From Octopus vulgaris (lineage: Eukaryota): a DNA stretch of 64,000 nucleotides. This document shows, piece after piece, positions 11,620-23,328 of the stretch. The number at the start of each line of letters is the position of its first letter. The stretch's first letter is position 1. The stretch is taken from assembly GCA_951406725.2 (NCBI GenBank), contig OX597827.1, positions 24,490,001-24,554,000 of the forward strand. The letters run 5' to 3'. Both the position numbers and the translations under genes were made by a program. Below the pieces are notes generated by a model, which saw nothing but the letters and a program-made list of their open reading frames with translations, made no database searches and had not been told where the DNA came from.

Positions 11620-12462
11620 TGTTACACTGCACGTGGCCTCCCGAAACCGTCTACAATACAACAGTCTGTGTCCAATAGCTCAGAAGACCATATAAGCGAA
11701 GCTCAGCAAACCAACTTGCTTAGAGTGGAAGAAGCCGTAGTCAAAGAAGCCAGGAGAGTTTGAAAATAACAAGCAAAACCGTTGAATATAACCAAAATAC
11801 AAGAACTTTAATTAAGAGGCCAACAGTATTTATGGAATAAATAAAGAGTTCTTTATAGAGTTTTTAGAGAGTTCTTTCATTTACCTCAGAAATGTGTACT
11901 TTTATTGGTGAGCTCTTCTTTTATTCACCAGTCGAATGATTTATTTTCTATCGCTTTTTTCCTGACTGGACTCTGTCGTTACTTCCAAATTCACAGTACC
12001 ATTCTGCATTCTTTAAGTTGCCAAGTTCACACTATTTTTGCAGCAAGTTCAAAACCCTCAACCTTCACACTCTATACCAAATACTGTGTCATCTGTTCCA
12101 TACGAAATTGCCTGGCACCATCACTCATATCGACCTCATGGCACTGACTACTATATAAAACCGTTCACAGTGGCTTTCAGCACATTACACATCAAAGTCG
12201 TACATTGTCTTCCAGTCCGAACTTCGAACCACCTGTTCACATTGGCTTCCAGTACAAACTAACTTGCCACATGGGCAAATAGCTTTTATACTTTGCGTTC
12301 ACTTTAAAAGTACACCAAAATCACACCACCTACGCTTTAAATATTCACATGACCACAAAAAATTACATTTTTTGTCTTTGTTTGCAAAACCAGAAAGCGG
12401 TGTTCTAATTCGCGTTGTACGAATGAGAAATTATCTGAATGTAATTTTCTTCATTCGTAACA
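11620..12462 (-). mobile_element. Probable solo LTR
   Basis: TGTTAC...GTAACA termini; on the minus strand GTATAAAAG (~12283-12291) lies upstream of AATAAA signals (~11900-11925); target-site duplication not clean. Confidence 0.5.
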
Positions 12463-12469
12463 GTATATA

Positions 12470-12700
12470 TCATCATCATCATCGTTCAACGTTCATTTTC
12501 TGTGCTAGCACGGGTTGGACAGTTCGACCGGGGCCTGGGAAGCCAGGAGGCTGCACCAGGCTCCAGTCTGATCTGGTAGTGATTCTACAGCTTGGATGCC
12601 CTTCCTAATGCCAACCACTCCGTGAGTGTAGTGGGTGCTTTTTACGTGCCACTGGCATAGATGCCAGGGGAGGCTGGCAGCAGCCTGCAGAGGCTGGCAT
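12470..12700 (-). mobile_element. Family B retroposon
   Basis: (CAT)n followed by the reverse complement of the family B consensus. Confidence 0.8.
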
Positions 12701-13643
12701 ACATATATATACGTACACACACATATGTACATACATGCATATATATTAGGTGCATGCTATTCTAAAAACAAAGCAGGCAACTGAATGAGGGCGCATACAT
12801 CATGTAGGTACCCTCTTTCCACCTGTCTCCCATAAATACGACAAATTTATATTAAATCTAATTTGTTATTTGCATTCATTTCTCTATGTTATGCATACAC
12901 TACATGCTTGACATTCGGGTAGGAAACACTGCACACACACACACACACACATACAAGCACATGTGTGTGTGTGTATGAATGTGTCTGTGTGTGTACTATA
13001 TATGTTTGCAGTTGTATTGACGGCAAATCATTAACTCAGAGAATTCTGTTAAATAATGGGAATTCTTCTGTAGAAATGGTTGTCATTTTATATGTTTCCT
13101 AAGCTTAGTAATTATGAACGAAAGAGAAAAAGAAAAAAATTGTTTTTGTTTCAGAACGTATTACAGGTAACATATGAGTACGGCATCAAATTACGGTTTA
13201 ATTCTTGGTGAAATATGCTTGAATGCAATCAAGTAACTCGAAGGAGGTTTAACATTTGTATGCTAAAATATTTGTAGGAGGTAAGAGGAGACAGAACACA
13301 CACACACACACACACACACATACAAAAAAATGAAACAAAAAACAATTAAAATATATAAATTAACTTTGTTAATTAGAAATATCTCTCTGATACTTCTTAG
13401 TTTTTATGTTTATATCAAAATACATATAGAAAAATGATAATTATTTTGAAAAACGCTGTTTATATGGATATGTGTGTATATATGTATGTATGTATGTTAA
13501 TTCCTTTTATTTCAAGATTTCTTGTCAATAGAGAAAGAGCTGGTTTCTAACCTAGATCCAAGGCTCCTTCATTTGAATTTCAACATCAACAGCAGGGTAT
13601 TTTTGTTTGTTTGTATGTATGTATGTATGTATGTATGTATGTA

Positions 13644-13684
<41 letters not shown>

Positions 13685-14149
13685 AGATTTATATGTTTTA
13701 TGTATATACTCTCATGCATATAGTTGCATATCTAGACATGCTCATATATACTTAAATGATAAACTACTGGAAAGTTTTACAGATTTTTACAGTTCCAGCG
13801 ATGGATTGGATCCATAGTCTTCAAATTAGCTTTGTATGTATGTATGTATGTATGTACAAATGCATGTGTATATATGTATGTGTGTGTATGTATGTATGTA
13901 TTCATGCATGCATGTGTGTATGTATGTACAAATGTATGTGTGTATGTATGTACAAATGTATGTGTGTATATATGTATGTAAGTGTGTGTGTATGTATGTA
14001 TGTATTCATGCATGTATGTATGTATGTATGTGCGCATGTGTGTACGTGTATGTATGCTCCCTCATTGATGAAATATCCAACTTAAAAAAGACCCCAGATG
14101 ACCTTTCCTGCTTTTCAACAAAGTGTGATGTCTCAGAGAGGCCTGAAAA

Positions 14150-14870
14150 AGGAAGCAAAGTGAGGTGTCTATAATGCTGCATTCTTACAGGCCTTCTTTC
14201 CTCCTGTGAGACCCAAGTGATTTACAGGAAGCATTTAAAACTACTAGAGCACTTCCACCTGCATTGACTGAGACCACTCTTGGACATACACTGCCTTTGC
14301 TGGGCAGGTCTCCTGCTGGATGGTAGTCGTATCCCTTAGGTGATGCTCTATGGAAAGATGGCTGAAAGAAAAAGGTGTCTGCAAAATCCTAAAAGGCATT
14401 TCAAGGACTCACTGTTGCACTTCAGTCTTGACCTTCACAACTGGGAAGTACAGGATGCTGACAGAAACAAAGGGAGCAAGCAAATATACGAAGGATGTCA
14501 CATGTTCCATGCAAAGTCAATAAGTTGGGCAAAGGCCCAAAAAGCTGCCCGTAAGGAAAAGGGTCTGGGATTAGCAATTCTTCAGTTTGTTTGTTGTGAG
14601 TGCAGCTGAATATTCTTGGCAAACACAGAAATCCAAAGCCATCTCAGGAGCCACAAGGAACCAAAGACAACTTGCCAACAGATTATGCTCAATTTGGTAT
14701 TGCAGACCTGTTTATCTGTGATGTATGTGGCAAAGTCTGCGGAGGTACTCTGGACTCCTGAGATATTTGAGAACCCAGAATGGTCCTTCACCTGAGAGGC
14801 GTAACCATCAGGCTCACAACATGGATTTCGTTTGCTGTCTTTGTGGCAAACTCAAGTAAGTCTCTTGTTG
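14150..14870 (+). pseudogene. Degenerate RTE (BovB-like) LINE ORF C-terminus with C2H2-like fingers
   Basis: Fragments CETQVIYRKHLKLLEHFH, RIP*VMLYGKM, KRHFKDSL, FVCCECS..SHLRSH, VICDVCGKVC; stops and frameshifts. Confidence 0.65.
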
Positions 14871-14967
14871 AATCAGTTTTAAGTCAACAGCATCAGCAAT
14901 GGTTATTCTTGTCAAATGAGCAGACAGCCATCATGCAGGTATGTATCTATGTATGTATATGTATAAA

Positions 14968-15195
14968 GGCGGCGAGCTGGCAGACACGTTAGCGTGCCAG
15001 ACGAAATGCTTAGCGGTATTTCGTCTGTCGTTACGTTCTGAGTTCAAATTCCGCCAAGGTCGACTTTGCCTTTCATCCTTTTGTGGTCGATAAATAAAGT
15101 ACCAGTTTCGCACTGGGGTTGATGTAATCGACTTAATCCCTTTGTCTGTCCTTGTTTGTCCCCTCTATGTTTAGCTCCTTGTGGGTAGTAAAGAA
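14968..15195 (+). mobile_element. tRNA-derived SINE (family C)
   Basis: GGCGGCGAGCTGGCAG head, GAGTTCAAATTCC B box, central GTCGACTTTGCCTTTCATCCTTT..GGTCGATAAATAAAGTACC domain. Confidence 0.85.
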
Positions 15196-15559
15196 ATATA
15201 TATGTATATACATACATAGTTACATACATGTATGTATGTCTGTGTCTATGGACATATGTATATATGTATATGTGTATGTATGTAAGTGTATGTATGTGTG
15301 TGTGTATATATGTACTGTCCTACCCATGTCAGCATGGAAGGCAGACGTTAAACGACAGTAATGATGGTGATGATGATGATATATAATGCATGTATGTATA
15401 TACGTAAATGTATGTGTGTGTGAGTGTGTGAGTGTTTATATGCCTGGATCAGCTACTTATTGTGAGCAATTACTATTATTAGTCAACAAACATTATCAAA
15501 GCAAATTGTCAACAAGGAAAAGTCTTATCACCGAGAAAAGAACAAATATTGACAAATGG

Positions 15560-16200
15560 ATTATGTACATATGTGTGTATGGGTGTGAGTGCATGTATGT
15601 ATGTATGTATGTATGTATGTATGTATGTATGTACATATGTGTGTATGTGTGTGAGTGCATGTATGTATGTATGTATGTATGTATGTGTGTGTGTATGTAT
15701 GTATGTATGTACATATGTGTGTATGTGTGTGAGTGCATGTATGTATGTATGTATGTATGTATTTATGTGCATGTGTATGTATGTATGTATGTACATATGT
15801 GTGTATGAGTGTGAGTGCATGTATGTATGTATGTGCGTGTGCATGAATGTATGTATGTATGTATGTATGTATGTGCGTGTGTATATATGCATTATGTACA
15901 TATGTGTGTATGAGTGTGAGTGCATGTATGTATGTATGTGCATGTGCATGTATGTATGTACGTATGTGTGTATGGGTGTGAGTGCATGTATGTATGTATG
16001 TATGTATGTGCGTGTGTATGTATGCATTATGTACATATGTGTGTATGGGTGTGAGTGCATGTATGTATGTATGTACATATGTGTGTATGGGCGTGAGTGC
16101 ATGTATGTATGTATGTGCGTGTGTATGTATGTATTTATGTATGAATGAATGTATGTATGTATATATGAATGAATGTATGTATGTATTTATCTATTTATAT
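15560..16200. repeat. Compound (TATG)n array with ~50-70 bp higher-order unit
   Basis: Recurrent ATGTACATATGTGTGTATGGGTGTGAGTGCATG separated by (TATG)n. Confidence 0.85.
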
Positions 16201-16524
16201 GTATGTGTGTGTGTATATATACACAGGAATGCACACACATGCACACACCAATATATATAAACATCACTGATGATCACTATACATCCCAGTGAACACTATA
16301 CACACACATGTTTGTGTGTGTATGCATGTATATATATATATATTTATATGTATATATTTATATATAAAAACTTATATTTATATACATGCATAAACATGCA
16401 TACGTACATATACAAATATATATGGATAACTGTCACTATATATATGTGTGTGTGTGTGTATGTATATACATACATGCATGTATATATAAATTTACATGGA
16501 AAACTGTCACTATACTCTCTTTTA

Positions 16525-16870
16525 CTCTTTACTCTTTTACTTGTTTCAGTCATTTGACTGTGGCCATGCTGGAGGACCGCCTTTAGTTGAGCAAATCGAC
16601 CCCAGGACTTATTCTTTGTAAGCCTAGTACTTATTCTATTGGTCTCTTTTTTGCTGAACCGCTAAGTTATGGGGATGTAAACACACACACGCACACACAC
16701 ACATATATAAGACGGGCTTCTTTCAATTTCCGTCTACCAAATCCACTCTCATGGCTTTGGTCAGCCCGAGGCTATAGTAGAAGACACTTGCCGAAGGTGC
16801 CACACAGTGGGACTGAACCCAGAACCATGTGGTTGGTAAGCAAGCTACTTACCACAGACACTCCTGCGCC

Positions 16871-16871
<1 letters not shown>
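16525..16871 (-). mobile_element. Family A SINE, near full length
   Basis: Reverse complement of 1929-2335. Confidence 0.85.
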
Positions 16872-16902
<31 letters not shown>

Positions 16903-17034
16903 TTGTCTGTTTAATTAAAAAATTCTATATGTGGCTGAAGATTGCTCGACATTTTAAAACTTTAAAACTGATGTAGTATGAAACAATTGCACTACACTAC
17001 CTTGGATATCCTTGTTGCTTATTTTGCTTATATA

Positions 17035-17151
17035 TCATCATCATCATCGTTTAACGTCCGTTCTCCATGCTAGCATGGGTTGGACGGTTCGACCGGGGAT
17101 CTGGGAAGCCAGAAGGCTGCACCAGGCTCCAGTCTTATCTGGCAATGTTTC

Positions 17152-17155
<4 letters not shown>
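17035..17155 (-). mobile_element. Family B retroposon 3' end
   Basis: (CAT)n CGTTTAACGTCCGTTCTCCATGCTAGCATGGG... Confidence 0.75.
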
Positions 17156-17248
<93 letters not shown>

Positions 17249-17480
17249 GTATATATACATATATATGTATCTAACTTAATGAATGAAACAACTATTGTGT
17301 GTGGTGTATCTACTTTCGTATGTAAAGAAAAGCGTTTAAACAAACACGTCCATAAAGATATTTGCACTGTTTCTGTTACTCATTGTATGCAGACATAAGT
17401 TTGCCCACTTATCAACTCAAGTGCTTTAGGTGACAATCGTTGTAAACACAGCTCTTCTACAGTGTTATCTAGTTTTGTGG

Positions 17481-17768
17481 ACCACCACCACCACCACCAC
17501 CGCCATCATCATCACCACTGCGCTGCCACCACCACTGCCACTGCTGCCGTTGCCACCACAGCCACCACCAATACCGCTGTCACCACCACACCACTGCCAC
17601 CACCACCACCACCACCAGCACCACCACCACCACCACCATTGCCGCTGCTACCACCACTGCCGCTGCCGTCGCTACCGCCACAACTGCTGCCATGGCTGCT
17701 ACCAATGCTGCCACCACCACCAACACTGCCGTCACTACTGCCATCACCACCACCACCACTATTACCAT
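17481..17768. repeat. (CCA/CCG/CTG)n trinucleotide low-complexity tract
   Basis: Imperfect trinucleotide repeat giving poly-Pro/His/Thr ORFs in all frames. Confidence 0.85.
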
Positions 17769-17769
17769 T

Positions 17770-18660
17770 ATTTAACATCCATCTTCCATGCTGGCATGGG
17801 TTGGACTGTTTGAGGAGATCTGATTGGTCGGAGCAGAGAACTTGTTATGCCGCAATGTCCTGCCTTGGCATGGTTTCTATGAGTGTAGTGGGTGCTTTTT
17901 ATGTGCCAGGAGAGGCTGGCAGCGGCCACGATCAGTTGGTACTTTTTACGTGCCACTGGCACGGAAGCCAGTCAAGGTGGTGCTGGCATCAGCCACGTTC
18001 GGATGGTGCTTTTTATGTGCCACCAGCACAGGTATCACAACTACAATTTCCATTTGATTTTTATTTTGATGCTGATGTACTTGACTCAATAGGTCACCTC
18101 AAGTACAGCAGGTCGCCCTATGATCCAAGGTAAGCACAGCAGGCTGTTCTGAGATCCAAGGTACTTTGGATGGGCTGGGGCTTCTATGTGAAGCTGGTGC
18201 AGGAAACAGCCATGAACTCACGTTATTTGTCGGGTCTTCACAGTCACAGCATATCTCCAGAGATCTCAGTCTTTCGTCATTGCCTCTGTAAGGCCCAACG
18301 TTTGATGGTCATGCTTGACCACCTCATCCCATGTCTTCCTGGATCTACCTCTATCCCAGATTCCTTCAACTGTTTGGGAGTGGCACTTCTTCACATATCT
18401 CTCATCATCCATCCGTAGTACATGACCATACCAGCGCAAACGTCTCTCTTGCATGCCACATAAGATGCTTCTTATGTCCAGCATTTCTCTCAGGGCACTT
18501 ACACTCTGTCGTGTGTGCACACTGACATTACACATCATGCGGATCATGCTAGCTTCTTTTCTTTCAAGCCTACACATGTCCTCTGCAATCACAGCCCATG
18601 TTTCACTACTGCGAAGCATGGTAGTTCGCACACATGCATCGTACAATCTACCTTTCACCC
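17770..18660 (-). mobile_element. 5'-truncated RTE-clade LINE (RT C-terminus plus 3'UTR)
   Basis: ORF 18266-18658: KGRLYDACVRTTMLRSSETW...RRLRWYGHVLRM...GRSRKTWDEVVKHD, continuing into the family B tail. Confidence 0.88.
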
Positions 18661-19499
18661 TTTGTCACCAGCAGAAGTAGAAGCTTTCTATATATATAAA
18701 TATATCCAGCCATAGAAAATCCACCTCAGCAAATACTGTCCAACCCATGCTGGCATGGAAAAGCGAATGTTAAAACAATGGCAATGATGATGGCGACATT
18801 GTAAACAAAACACGACTTCATTATTGGAACTCAATAAAACTGAAAGGTTTTGGTTGCACAGAGAAAGAAAAAAAAAATCTTTCAATTTATTGACATAGTT
18901 TCCATAATTGAATGGCTTTGTTTGACCAGTTGAAGCTTGTTAATAAAATTGGTAATCAGATAACAACAGTAACCTAATTTTTGTTGTTATTATAGAAATT
19001 TCATCTACTTGAGAGCCAGTGTTTTACTTTCAAGATCTATCAGCCTACGAGTAATGCCAACAAAAAAAAATGAAAGAAAAAAAGAAAAATGAATGAAACA
19101 ATAAAAAAAAAGCACAAAATATTTCTGGCAATGAAAATTAACCCTTTGATGTGTCACGTGAAGATATTATGTAACTGATATTTCTATATCTGTTGGCACC
19201 ATTTAGGAAAACCAGAATGTACGTAAGACAAATGGTGTCTGTCAGCTAATGAATTGATTCAGTGCAGGTTAATTGGGTTTAGTTTCCTGGAAACTATCTT
19301 CCACTTTGCCATGGTTGAGGTTACAAGAACACTTCTTCAGTGGCAAATGCTGTGTATGATCAGACATGATGTTTGATTCACAACCATGAGTTGAGTCCCA
19401 GGGTGTGGCACAATGTGTAAGCATCTTCTCTTATAGTCTCAGGCTGACCTCAACCTTGTAAATGGATCCAAGACTTCCAATCCTGACTCTTAGCCTTTA

Positions 19500-19732
19500 C
19501 TTATTTCTTTATTGCCCACAAGGGGCTAAACATAGAGGGGACAAACAGGACAGGCAAAGGGATTAAGTCGATTACATCGACCCCAGTGTGTAACTGGTAC
19601 TTAATTTATTGACCCTGGAAGGATAAACGGCAAAGTTGACCTCGGTGGAACTTGAACTCAGAACGCAGCGGCGGATGAAATACCACAAAGCATTTCACCC
19701 GGTGTGCTAACGTTTCTGCTAGATCGCCGCCT
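19500..19732 (-). mobile_element. Family C SINE
   Basis: Reverse complement of 14968-15195. Confidence 0.82.
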
Positions 19733-19838
19733 TAACTGACCCTTGGCTTTTACTGCCCTATCAACTGCTTCAATCCAGCACAATATTTTCATTGGTTTGG
19801 TTGGGGTTTTGCCTCAGCCATTTGTATGGTTACTTGCC

Positions 19839-20321
19839 TTAAGCCTTTTGCTACCATATTTCTGTTGAGATGTTCCGTGTTTATTTCAATTAATTCTAAA
19901 TATAAGTAAGTATTTAGTAAAATAACTTAGTATTCATTCAGCTAGTGGTAGGAGCATAAATTATGACTAAGGTTTCGTGGAAGATTTTTAATTCAGAACT
20001 TTTGAAAACAAGACATTTGTACTACAGAGCCAAAGGTAGTTTTAGCCAGGTTGATATCAAAACAGTTAAGAATAGTTTCTCTATTACATATTTTAACCCT
20101 TTCGTCACCAAATTCTGTTGAGACACTCTGTGTCTCTTTCAATTAATTTTAAATATAACAAAGAATTTAGTAAAATAACTTAGTTATCATTAAGCTAGTG
20201 TTAGGGACATAAATTGTGACTAAGGTTTGGTGGAAGATTTTAATTCAGAACCTTGGAAAACAAGACATTTGTACAACAGAGTCAGAAGCAGTTTCAGCCA
20301 GGTTGGTATCAAAAGGGTTAA
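19839..20321. mobile_element. Tandem pair of piggyBac-type MITEs (~220 bp each)
   Basis: TTAA|CCCTTTCGTCACC...GGTATCAAAAGGG|TTAA (20093-20321) and a diverged copy at 19839-20069. Confidence 0.78.
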
Positions 20322-20635
20322 TGTTACACTTATCTAAACTCTTTTCCAAATTAAAAGAAGCCTCTTGCTATGCCTTAAGCCCCTTGATTAGCTCAAAGCC
20401 ACACCTGCTTCAATACTGCTCCTCTCTCCCAGTTGAGGTTTTTTGCCTTGCAAGAAACTTGGTGATCCCGTTGCTGCTGTTGACATGTAAAAAGCATACA
20501 ATGGTATCTGGTGCAGCTCTCCAGCCTTGCCAGTCCCTGCTCAAACCATCCAACCTTTGCCAGCATGGAAAATGGACACTAAAGGATGATGATGATGATG
20601 GGGCAATGATGATGATGATAATAATGGTGATGATG

Positions 20636-20685
<50 letters not shown>

Positions 20686-20959
20686 CACGCATGCACATTA
20701 GATTGTTTGGGAAAACTTTCAACAAGATTGTCAAAGAGGCAGTTTTCCAGTTAGCAATTAACCTAGTTGCCAATTAACCCAGTTCAATTAACAAACCAAC
20801 TATTTACAGTCTCCACACAATAACAGAGATGGTGTTTACTTAATTTATTACATCATTTGTTTGCTTGTTCTTTTTTTTTTTTTGCTCTGAATTTCAAAAT
20901 ATTTTCATAGAAATTCTCTCTACATTTTTTTTTTGCTTCTAAAATAAGTTAATATCATG

Positions 20960-21142
20960 TATCCTCCTCCTCCTCCTTTCTCTCCTCTTCCGCCTTGTCA
21001 ACATTGTCATCACTGCCGTCGTTGCTGTTGCCATTGCTGTTGCCATTGCTGTCGGTGCTGTTGTTGTCGTGGTCATCATCATCGTCGTTATCGCCGCTGC
21101 CACTACCACCACCACCACCACCATCACCATCTCCACCACTGC
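20960..21142. repeat. Mixed trinucleotide low-complexity tract
   Basis: (CCT), (TTG/CTG), (CAT) and (CCA) runs. Confidence 0.8.
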
Positions 21143-21989
21143 TTCTGAATTAAGGAGTAAATGGTTGAGCTTTCCACAGACACATGAATCCTGAACACTG
21201 TTCTCAGCGAGACTCAGCGTATGACAAGGTTGTTCCTTTTCAAGTACAAGTACAATCCAGTCAAGAGGCTTCTGTACAGTTTCCATCTTCCCAAATTCTC
21301 TGAGAAGCTAAGAGTTAATCTCAGCCTATTGAAAATGTGACATTTACCAAAGAATCCCTGTAATGGGATTGTGTCTAAGACCCCAAATCTGAGAGTGATT
21401 CATAATCAAAACTCAGAGTCACAGGTTTAGTGTAGTGTTACTCGTCAAATAATAATTGGCTAATATCTCATTAGGGATAGATTGGAGTAATGGTGATTTG
21501 GTCTGATAACATGAAATGTTTGTGCAATTTGGCTGTTTCACAACCATCGGAGCTTGAAGCGCTTCTCATGTACGCAGGTTTGTGAGATGGTTGTGATCTA
21601 TAAACAGTTTTGAGTAGGAACCAGAAAGAGAAGTATGAACATGCAAGGCACATTGAATTCGTAAAACAGAAGAGAAGAATAAAAACGTAATGCATATGTC
21701 AAGATAAAATGGAAGAGAGGAGGAATAAAATGAGTTATATGATGGTCTGTATGGCACTCTCAACACCACTATCATATGGTTTTGCTGCAGTTTGTCTGTT
21801 GTTTAAAAGTCCAGGACAGACTGGAGGTCTGGTGTCTGCATGACGAAGTTAATGTCGAGAGTGCAGCAGGAGAAAGTATGCAACACTAGAGGAGAGTTCA
21901 TTTCAAGAATGGATGATTTCAGCTGGTTTGCCATTTCACTAGATTTCTCTTCCCTGGAATTCTTTCTTTAAAGAACTGCATTGATATGT

Positions 21990-22380
21990 AGGCACAAGCA
22001 TAGCTGTATGGTAAAAATTTGCATCCCAACCATATAGTTCTGGGTTCATTCCCACAACATGAAACCTTGGGCAAGTTTCTCTACTATAAACCCTGGTTGA
22101 CCAAAGCCTTGTGAATGGATTCGGCAGAAGGAAACTGAAAGAAGCCTGTCATATGTGTATATGTTTATATGTGTGTGTGTGTGTATGTCTGTGTATGTTA
22201 ATGTCTCATTCCTTGACATGCATAATGGTTGTAAGCAAGTGTCGCTGCACTCATGGTATCCTTCACATCCAGTCTTCCATGAAAACATGTCTGGTTGTAG
22301 GGAAATGTCAACTTGCTTTAGAGAATCTGTCTCAATAAGTTCTGTCTGACCCATGTCAACATGGAAAAGGGGACGTTAAT
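21990..22380 (+). mobile_element. Family A SINE head with an alternative tail
   Basis: Family A head at 21990-22150, then CAGTCTTCCATGAAAACATGTCTGG...CATGGAAAAGGGGACGTTAA tail. Confidence 0.65.
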
Positions 22381-22892
22381 ACAGTACTATTAGTAAGTCC
22401 TGAAAGGTGTAACAGCCAAAGGAAAACACATGAAATGAAATTCATAGAGAAAAATCAGACATGAGGAAATGCCCTGGAAAGAGCAGTCAGTTGTGGGACG
22501 TGAAAAGGAGATCTTTAAGTGACATCATCTTCCATAATTAGACCAAAAAATATTTTCCCAAATGTTATAATCTCATATTTATAAGCATTATTTCCTTTAA
22601 CAAATAAATAACATATTCAGTTTTTAAATGGTGACACTTCATGACAACTACAGGGTTAGGCCAAAAGTCACCCGGCAGTAAATCAAAATTCCATAAAGAC
22701 TGTGTAATCCTGAATTGACTCGAATGGAAAAATGTGTCCCTCAAGGACTTCAGTTTGAACAATTTCCATGATTAGAAAATTACTATTTGTAAATCTCACA
22801 GCATGAGATATTCAGCAACAGTACTTTGGAGTAAAGATTGTTTGCTAACATAACATGGTAGTCCTGGTTTAGGACTTTTAGCCAACCCTGTA

Positions 22893-23291
22893 TCTCTATA
22901 TATAAAGATGAGAATGTGTGTCTGTGTGTGTGCGTGTGTGTGTGTAAGTCTGTCTTTCTGTGTGTCTGTGTGAATCCCTAAAACTTGAGAATTACACAAC
23001 CAATTTCCTTTCAAATTTTACACATGCCTTACTTAGGGTCCATGTAGTGTCATAGGCCAAAAAAATTTTTAACTTCTTGCCTAGTGCGAGCCCAGAGTAA
23101 TATCATATCTCTGCCACTATTTCAGTATTATGTGTCAAAACTGAAACAATAACATCTCTCTATTGTAATGTCAGATGCCTTCACTTTAATAGTTTCACTT
23201 TAATACTGAAACTATTATCTCACATATATACAGGCATGCATACATATATACATACATACATATATATATAGTATATATATATATATATATC

Positions 23292-23328
<37 letters not shown>

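Noticed and set aside
17462-18133. Proline-rich formin/extensin-like ORF
   Set aside because: Trinucleotide low-complexity tract running into an antisense RTE 3'UTR; no splice or domain support.
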